64,000 nucleotides of DNA from the NCBI GenBank assembly GCA_965285935.1, contig OZ260666.1, positions 66,898,001 through 66,962,000 on the forward strand, written 5' to 3'. The notes beneath the pieces are model-generated. The model made no database searches. It saw only the letters and a list, made by a program, of their open reading frames with translations, and was not told where the DNA came from. The translations under genes and the position numbers were made by a program. Of the stretch, positions 55,798 to 64,000 are shown one piece after another (the stretch's first letter is position 1; the number at the start of each line of letters is the position of its first letter). Source of the stretch: Ophelia neglecta (Eukaryota).

Positions 55798-57075
55798 CTA
55801 ATGACATCGATTACAATTAAGTATGAACGATTCAATGATTTTGCTTTTTATTTGGTCTAGATGGTCGTTAGTGGGGTAGGCAATGCTATGCATGTTTGGA
55901 GGAAGGTCGTGTTCATCAAGGAATGACAAAAGCGTTCTTCGAAAGGGTTCAAATAAGGGACAATGGAAGAAATGGTGATCACTGGTCTCGGAGCATATGC
56001 CGCACTGACACAAAGGAGAGTCCAGGCAGTGATTTTTGAAAAGGTCATAGTTCAAATTGCTGCAGCCTAGTCGCATTTGGCATAATATAATTTGCGTGAG
56101 TCGAGATCCGAGGTAGAAATATGTTGGAACCTTAGGCGGTAGGTTTCCATAAAAATGGTGTCGGAAGTGAGTTTTGATTCTTGTTTCTTTCAAGTCTACC
56201 GGCAAAGTATTCCAATCTGTCACAGACTGTGGGAGAAATGACCTCTTATATGTGTCAGTGCGGCATCTTGGAGAGTACCGGTTCAAATTGCCAACGCTAC
56301 GTGTGTTATGACCGCCGGGCTGGTAAAGAGGGGGTGCCATGCCAGCAAGATAATCAGGGACGTTACCATTAATGATATCAAACATTTTGATTAAACGGAG
56401 ATTCCTTCTTCGCTGTTCTAGAGTCGTAAAGGAGGTCTCGCTGTACAAAAGAGCATGGGAAGTTCCCTTGCGTGCCCCGCAAATTATACGCAATGACTTT
56501 AGTTGTACACTTTCCAGCCTGTCAACATCGTATTGGTTACAGCCATCGAATATGATACAGCTATACTCAAGGACAGGGCGGATGAAAGAAGTATATGCTA
56601 TCTCAAGGCCTTTTCTGGAACATTTGTTCTTTAAAAATGTCAATAAATTAATTCTTTTGTTAACTTTGGCAATTATATAAGACACGTGTTCACCCCATGA
56701 CAATTTTGGGGTGAGAATGAGGCCAAGGTGAGTCAAACTATCACTTGCAGGAATAGGAGTGTTCTTGATTAGGACACAGGGTTTCAAAGGATTGTTACGT
56801 AAGCTAAACACCATAAACTGGGTTTTGGATACATTAAGACTTACTAGCCATTCCTTGCACCAAATGTCGAGGTTCACAAGATCAGTGTTAATTAAAGCAG
56901 TTGCGTTCAGAGCGTCGGAGGTGGAATAAGATCTGAAGAGTGACGTGTCATCGGCAAATAAGAAAATGTCACTGGACACTTGTCTGGTTATGTCGTTAAT
57001 GTACAACAAGAACAATAGGGGACCCAGGACGGAGCCCTGGGGCACCCCAGCCGAAACGTGTTGCCAGCTGGACAT
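55798..57075 (-). CDS. LINE ORF2 C-terminal part: later reverse transcriptase motifs, thumb and C-terminal CCHC-like motif (425 aa, 5'-truncated)
   Basis: Motifs GVPQGSVLGPLLFLLYINDI, LFADD, HLG, YTSFIRPVLEY, SFLPQSVTDWNTLP and CQCGICSETSDHHFFHCP. No stops or frameshifts. The endonuclease and N-terminal RT are absent. Confidence 0.93.
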   Translation of the reverse strand: MSSWQHVSAGVPQGSVLGPLLFLLYINDITRQVSSDIFLFADDTSLFRSYSTSDALNATALINTDLVNLDIWCKEWLVSLNVSKTQFMVFSLRNNPLKPCVLIKNTPIPASDSLTHLGLILTPKLSWGEHVSYIIAKVNKRINLLTFLKNKCSRKGLEIAYTSFIRPVLEYSCIIFDGCNQYDVDRLESVQLKSLRIICGARKGTSHALLYSETSFTTLEQRRRNLRLIKMFDIINGNVPDYLAGMAPPLYQPGGHNTRSVGNLNRYSPRCRTDTYKRSFLPQSVTDWNTLPVDLKETRIKTHFRHHFYGNLPPKVPTYFYLGSRLTQIILCQMRLGCSNLNYDLFKNHCLDSPLCQCGICSETSDHHFFHCPLFEPFRRTLLSFLDEHDLPPNMHSIAYPTNDHLDQIKSKIIESFILNCNRCH

Positions 57076-57087
57076 AAATGATCTTTA
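57075..57087. repeat. Target-site duplication of the CR1 LINE (5' copy)
   Basis: TAAATGATCTTTA, identical to 54860-54872. RT similarity stops here. Confidence 0.9.
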
Positions 57088-60000
57088 ATATTATAAAGGT
57101 ACCGTTGTAAGGTTGCTACATTCCTAAGTACTAAAGGACCCATTTTTAATCTAATCGTAATCCGAAATGACGCCTTGTCAATCAAATGCAAATCCGATGG
57201 AATTATTTGTTAGATACCATTCTCCAAGGGCAGGCCAGATCCCATAAACGTTATAGGAAAGCGATAATATTGGGTCCTAGTGCCGTAGTACCATCATCCA
57301 ACCGTGCTGTACTAATTACTCTGCAAATGCTATTGTTACAATTGAACACAAAGTATCTTGCAGGTTTTCGATTCACATCATTGGATAATAACCACTTTCC
57401 AAATGTTAATTTTGATCCTGAGACCACAAAGCTTTATTCCATAAATATATTTTATTTGTCCCCTTTCCTTCCCAAATTGTTGTCTTTTATTTCTTGATCT
57501 TTAATTCAATCACGGTTGTCCGTGATCCAGTTTTTCATTCTCCCTTCACCAAAGAGACCAACAGAATAGGTGTTTTGTCTCCCGCAAAGCGAAAAATAAG
57601 TAACATTGGCGGAAAAATTGCAAATGTGCCTGGTTTCTTGATGTGCACCCAACAGGGGATTGGTAGACATGGTATAAAGTATGTTCAGGAAAGAAGAAAA
57701 ATGAAGCTCACAACCTATGCCTTCTGTTGGCGCATTCCATCAAACCCAATCAAACCTAATATTTAACTGACAAATTAGATATATATAAATTTCGCGTAGC
57801 TGTAAACACATTTGCTACTTAATTTTTCCTCGTTTTGCTTGCGACAATAAGTTCAATATATTACTTAAAAACATATCTCACTTGTTTTCTAATATGTTTC
57901 TTCTAAAGCAATCATAAAAGTGTAAATAAAGTAAGTGTAAGCGCATCTATAGGCTTAATATTAAAGCAAAGACAGTATTTGCATTACCTAAGTCATATAT
58001 TGCACATATGGACATCTTTTAAACACAGGTTACATATTCTGTCACGTACTAATCGATTCTTTCATAGAATATGGCAGAAAGAGACTTGTACAAAATGCAA
58101 TATTGGAAAATGAAATGTATTTGTTTCTTTCCCAAACTCAATAAACAACTGTGTTCAGGGTACAAATTATATCATTAACAGTTTAGCCAGGGTTGCTTAA
58201 AAATGCTAAAAAATGTGCTTTTAACGTGAAGTCCATGCAATGTGATTACGCTAAACACATGTGCTTAAGTAGAAGTTTAACGAGTGTGTCGAGGGGGAGT
58301 TTGTGACCATCTTCTTACCTTCCATACCAACCCAAGCAGCAGCGCAGTATGTGACTTGAGTTATAACAACCGAAAACTGATTATTTGTCACGAAAAACAT
58401 AATTCCAAATTTGCAGCAAAGTTTTCCGAATTAAAAGAGGGAAGAGGTTTGATTTACAAAACCAATATCCAATCTCATTCTGCCTGCACGTTGATGCACT
58501 TCGCAATTATGGGGAAAGGCAGTGTGTTTTTCCAAACACTAATTGCCTAAGTTTTCTTGTTTTAACCATAAAATACTTCCCTAGCAAAAGTTAGCCGAAG
58601 GGACATGAACACCAGGCTAAACCACATAAGTTTACCAGATCAATTGCATGTGACGGATTTGATTACGCAGTACTATAGACCTACGCCAAATTTTAAACTG
58701 AGAAATATCAATTGAATTTGAATTGGTGTTTTATCTCAATAGTAAATATTACATACTCAATAAAATAGTTCTATAATTTTGTATCTAAACTACATATATC
58801 TACCGAATTAATACGTCGTTCCATTATGACAGAAGTACATTAAACAAATAACAAAATGGTATCCGACATTTTGATATTTATCCAGTGCGTTTTTGCAGCT
58901 GTTGGTAAGCGACAAAATTGAGCTGATCGATGAAGTGCTTAAAATCAATTAATTGGTGCTCGCGTAGTTAGTACTTGGGAAGACCAGAAGAAAATGGCAA
59001 TAGCATTTTATCTTTAGAATATTGCGCTGCATCTGACAACTGGTATCTATATATATTATATATATTTTGCAGTAGTGTTTTCAATATGCCCAATACAGCC
59101 AGACGTTATTTTAAGTTTAGCCACAGCCAGATATATGTGATTTCGGGTATGCGGGCCCTGAATTTCAAACAGTAACAGCTTCTTCAAATTTGTTACAGAC
59201 AAACAATGATATTAACTCTCAACACTCGCCCTTTTGATTCTTACTGTTGAAAGCACCGCAATATGCTATGTTTATTATGGCATAGCCACGAAGTACCAAT
59301 AAAAACACAGCAGGTGAACGGAGAATATTTGAGCTGAACTAAACCTGGAAATCAAGCATACGCACGATCTTCTCATATGACCTGAGTGACATTTTAAAGA
59401 AGTAGGAAATATGCCTGGCTCAAACCAACATTCTTCAAACGTTGTTTTTTCCTCTGAATCATCAGATATGCGCAGCAGAACGCAACGAGCCTAAACGAAA
59501 AATTGAATACACACAAGTATGTCATCATTGCTGATCTGAATGCAGTTTATGATGTCCTGATGCACCATGTAGACCAGACTGTTCAAAATAAAACAATTGA
59601 ATCAATGCTTTTATATAGATAAATATATTTTATACCAACTGTTTTATTTATTTCAGACAACTTTTTATGCCGAAGATATTGACCGGGTAAAACTGGATTT
59701 ATATGTAAGCAAGTTGAAATGCGGCACTCTCTTAAAGGACCGACCCTTTGTTGGTGTTGGGAAGGGCGCGTCCAAGCGTATAAATAGTTTTCTTTTATGC
59801 TGACTTTTTCGCCATTTTATATAAGAATTTGTGAGTACCAAACCAAGATAAATTAGTAGTCACGCTGTTATACAATATAACTTTATTTGCTTTACCTTCA
59901 CTCCAGTGTTATCGTATATTGTTTTATTGGTTTTCTTTTACAACACAGACTTTAACGTTCATGTATTCATGAAAAGGGTGATATAGATGTTCTAACAATT

Positions 60001-63000
60001 AATTTCCAGCTGTGATTGTAATATTCCCGTTTCATCAGCATATGGGATGTATACGAGGTGACTAGTGTCCAAAAATGTATGCCATGGTTGTCATCTCAGC
60101 GGATTAAATCGGGCATTAACGATGAACGCAGATATATTGCTACAGTTGATGTGATTTCATTTGAATGATCATGATCAATTACAGGTTGCAATTTCTATGT
60201 CATCTTCGCAGAAACGGCTGCGATGGCTTTGAGTGATCAATTCCATTAATACCAAGACAAGATCCCATTTGATTCTGCTAGATACTCTTACATTATAGGA
60301 ACACGTGTTCAATGATTATTTAACAGAAATGCAATTTTGAGTATTTCAATTTAAAGGAGCCTTATCTTGTGTATAAAAAACAACCAACATATCATAATTC
60401 ATAATAATCGTGTAAAATGTAAAATGACTTTTGTTTAAATCGGCGTGGAAGACTTTAACGATTTAGTAAAAAGAAATGATTTGACATGCGAGTCTCCAGA
60501 ATAACTATTTGGTGAGCGATTGGTTGCACCTGGTGGTCATTGCTAATGTGGAACCGATTAAACATGGATATAATGGCTTATCATGCGTTGATAGGAAGCA
60601 ATATCGATATTTATGCAAAGAATGTGCTCTAAAAATTATATCGCTGCATTTTACCGCATATTTACGACACATTTTCTAATAAAATGTCTGAATAGGCTGT
60701 TTGCAGTAAATTCATACGAATATATAAAAATCTAACTAATCATCGTTAGGGATAACGCAGACCTCCTTATGAAACTGTAGAAAACGTTAATCTAATAAAG
60801 CTGGAATCAGCCACTGATACGTGCTTGAAATAAAATCATGAGCGCTCGCATTGATTTGAACGAAGGAAGTAATTCGTTCCACCAAAATCTTTATCATGGT
60901 TATGAAATGCTGCTTCCAGCTATTAATAAAATTTGTTTAATTTTATTTCCCAGACACATGTAAGACAAATAAACTTAGTACCTGAATTTAGACAAAAATG
61001 TTCTATCCAAAAATAGTAGAAGGTTTCCTAACAAAGGAGAAATACAAATCAGAATATATCTTACCAAAAAGGACCCAGCCATTCCCGGCAGGTACTCATG
61101 ATCCATGGGAATCCATAAATGATAAAAATACGCTTACAATCGCTTACAATCTATACAATTATACATTTAATGTCCCGACGAGATATTCCATCACTGGAAA
61201 ATGACATTTTACTTGCAATAGCCCACAACGCATTACAATAGACATTAGTGTATAGCTAATCATCGTGTACTGTAAAAAAAAGTAATTTGGGCTACAAAAA
61301 CTCGTTCCTTGCTATACCTAAGGTATTTTCCGTAGTTAAGTTGTCGTTTAGTCTATTTTGCACATTTTAATCAAGTACTTTCCATCAACAAGGTATAAAG
61401 GTAGGCGAAAGTACACTCGTTTATAGGGGAAAAAGAGCACTACTATTGCCTACGATAAGGGAGACTTAACATGTTCTCCCATTAGCATTATATTAATCAG
61501 TTTCAAACCATAGGCCTCTCTTCGGTACGCCTTCCATATATGTGCTAATGGGTGACAAGGTTTTTATAATGTTCAATTTGAGCATAAGAAGCAGCTACTT
61601 CCACGTGGTTTCTTTAAAAGTTATATTTCATGACAACAAGCTAAAACAATTCCATTCAATACCAAGCTATGGTACTACCAATATAGAGCTAACCGTGAAG
61701 ATCAATACGTTTGCCGCCACTCGAGTTTGCATTTATTATTGGCATACAAAACACAATTGAACCTTGATGACATGGGTGGCCAAGACGACTTCTACGAGGA
61801 AGATTAGTACTTGCTAGCGAAGAAGGCACACAATGGAAGTATAAGGAACCTTTCCCATTCTATGTGGTTAGAGAATACAAAAACTGCATTACAAAGGCAC
61901 TTGCCCCGCTAGCACGGTAATGCGCTGCCATAAAGCGACCAAATAAATCAAGGTTAAGCACGATAGAAAGTCACGTAAGTACATTTTACAGCAATAGGTA
62001 GAACCAAACAAGTTGATAGGAGTAGAATCACAAACCACATATAGGCTAGATAAGAATTAATGCATTCCGTTGTTTTCTTGTATGTTGATAAATAAACGTA
62101 GTTGATCAGTATGTTACCATCATTAAACTCGGGTCATTGCCGTCAATCAAGTTCTTTTTTATTCGTTGGCGTTGTTTGCAGGCTCCGCACTGCACAACAT
62201 AGCGAAAAACATCAATCAGGGAAACCTCCATAGTAAAAGGTCAAATTGGAGGCAGAACGAATGTTACTGGCCAGATTCCTTAGAGCCATTAACCAAATCA
62301 CCATACCCGCCACAGCAGCCCCCACAGAGAAGCAGTATGGCCCTCTCTCAACGAGCGCCCTCGGCACGCTTACATCCACGAACAATATTCTAGAATGCAT
62401 GCCACAAACATACACAGCCCTGTCCTTTTACTTCAAAGCTTCTTTATCTCTAATTCATTACATTTTTAAAGGTTGGCAAGTATTCGTAAGATAGTTACTA
62501 CTTAATGAATACATTTTCCTGGCTTTCTCAAGAGTAAATGAAGCCTCCTGCTAAATCGAATTAAAGTCTCGATTAATTCGAAATGCATTCGTATTAACTC
62601 CGATACTTTAGTACAAAACATCACAAGATGCGTCGCACGTGTATCCTAGTTGTATTACAGTGCAGAATATACGTAAGTCATATGGTACCTGGGCATTTGG
62701 TGCAAAGTTATAGATCCTTCCTGGGGCGTGGAGAGCTGGGAAACGAATGGAAGACAAAGCTGTTTCCCTCCAATACCGAGGTGACCAGGTTTTTGAGTAG
62801 GTCTTGTTCATTTTGAACACGAACGCATATTACCTAGTTGTGCACGATTGCCTCTAAATGAACTTTGAATTCTATACTATATGTCTGTGTAATGAGCTCA
62901 TGTGTAAACATTTACTTGCATGTGTAAATAAGCCATTAAACCAACTGTATATTCGTTAAAGCAAGCCAAGCCAGCTATCCATTTACTTTTTATATGTATG

Positions 63001-64000
63001 CAATCAGAAAGAAGGAACATAAGGGGAAAACATACTGATGTACTTTCCGCTGTGGTCTAAATATGCGACAACTAATTATACGTTCCATAGCGAGCAGAGG
63101 CAGTGATTATGCCTTGACTGCCGTGCAGCCACTCCCGGGTTTTTAATAAGTATGCAACTGGAGATATTGTGTTAATTTCTGTGAATTATTTCAGTTAATG
63201 CATAATAACAACCATGTTTTTCAAAACAGAAGCTTTTTCTCTTTACGGATTTGCCGAACAAAGGTTATATGTCATAGAGGCAGATGTTCTTCAGTCGATT
63301 ACCGGACATTTAGAATGTTTTTCGAAATCCCATAAGGACGAATGATCAATCATTTTTAGGATTTAAGTCCATTCTCCACATACAAAACTCAGTGTAACGA
63401 ATGTAAAAAAAACTAAAGGTTGCGATTTGGTCGTAGGTTGATAGTAGCGGGGAGAAATTAACACCAGTCATCACCCTGTTGTGCCAAATCACAATCTTGA
63501 AACCATCATATTTACATGATGGCCAAAGAGTTTCTGTATCAGGGATTCATTTCTGTTTGCAGTCGGAGTGTAACCACTCTAAGGCGAGGTAAACTGATTC
63601 TGATCTTACAATAACTTTACCTTTTGCTGATTCATAACACCGCTTTAATTGTTTAGCAGTACAACTATTGTGATATTGGTATGCTTAAACAAGCCAGTAA
63701 TATACTTGCAGTATCGTTTCAATATTCCAGCTGTTTCAAAAGTAATATATAATTTCCCCATTAAGCATTCGATGCATATAAAAACATGCAGAAGCATGAA
63801 CATGAAAGATAGATTAATGTTCCGCATGTAACCACGAATGATATTGACGTACTTATCGACAAGCAAATCTGTGGTAAGGTCTGTGTATCTCAAATCTTTT
63901 TCCTGCCGCGGGCCATAGCTTGCTATGTGCTGCAGCAAGGTTTACAAATCACCAATATCCCAGCTGGCTTATCTCTCTCTAAGAGTGTTTCCTATCGGAC

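Larger units (their letters stand above)
54873..57074 (-). mobile_element. 5'-truncated CR1-group non-LTR retrotransposon (LINE), about 2.2 kb, apparently young
   Basis: Flanked by a perfect 13-bp direct repeat, TAAATGATCTTTA, at 54860-54872 and 57075-57087. Carries the RT ORF and a long 3' UTR, and ends on the minus strand in a stem-loop plus AATAAATATGTTTAAAC, a terminus typical of invertebrate CR1-type elements. Confidence 0.93.

Noticed and set aside
55857-56680. Short alternative-frame and antisense ORFs inside the LINE
   Set aside because: Shadows of the RT coding sequence.
62166-62494. Overlapping ORFs in a GC-richer patch with faint resemblance (LLARFLRAI) to DIRS recombinase
   Set aside because: One short motif with no catalytic residues or flanking structure.
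1-64000. Prokaryotic systems (CRISPR arrays, operons, defence islands)
   Set aside because: Very low coding density, spliceosomal signals and eukaryotic TEs. No regularly spaced repeat-spacer array was seen.

Overview
AT-rich, intron-dominated metazoan (probably marine invertebrate) genomic DNA, not prokaryotic: I see no operons, rRNA, intact tRNA or CRISPR. The one confident host coding segment is a minus-strand exon (CDS 24904-25407) encoding a signal peptide plus thrombospondin type-1 repeats resembling the N-terminus of THSD7A/B. No further TSR exon is visible in the 24.9 kb downstream. The other large feature is an apparently young, 5'-truncated CR1-group LINE (54873-57074, minus). It has an uninterrupted RT/C-terminal ORF, a perfect 13-bp target-site duplication and a ~925-bp 3' UTR holding a ~200-nt G-U-rich, strand-specific hairpin. 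The rest is intronic or intergenic sequence with MITEs (Tc1/pogo-like, three Harbinger-like copies, a MuDR-like mini element, a Helitron-like element), decayed LINE fragments, a ~230-bp tandem duplication and a nested inverted-repeat structure at 38.7-40.0 kb. Most short ORFs in the supplied track look like noise. All family assignments come from motif recognition by eye; no searches were run.
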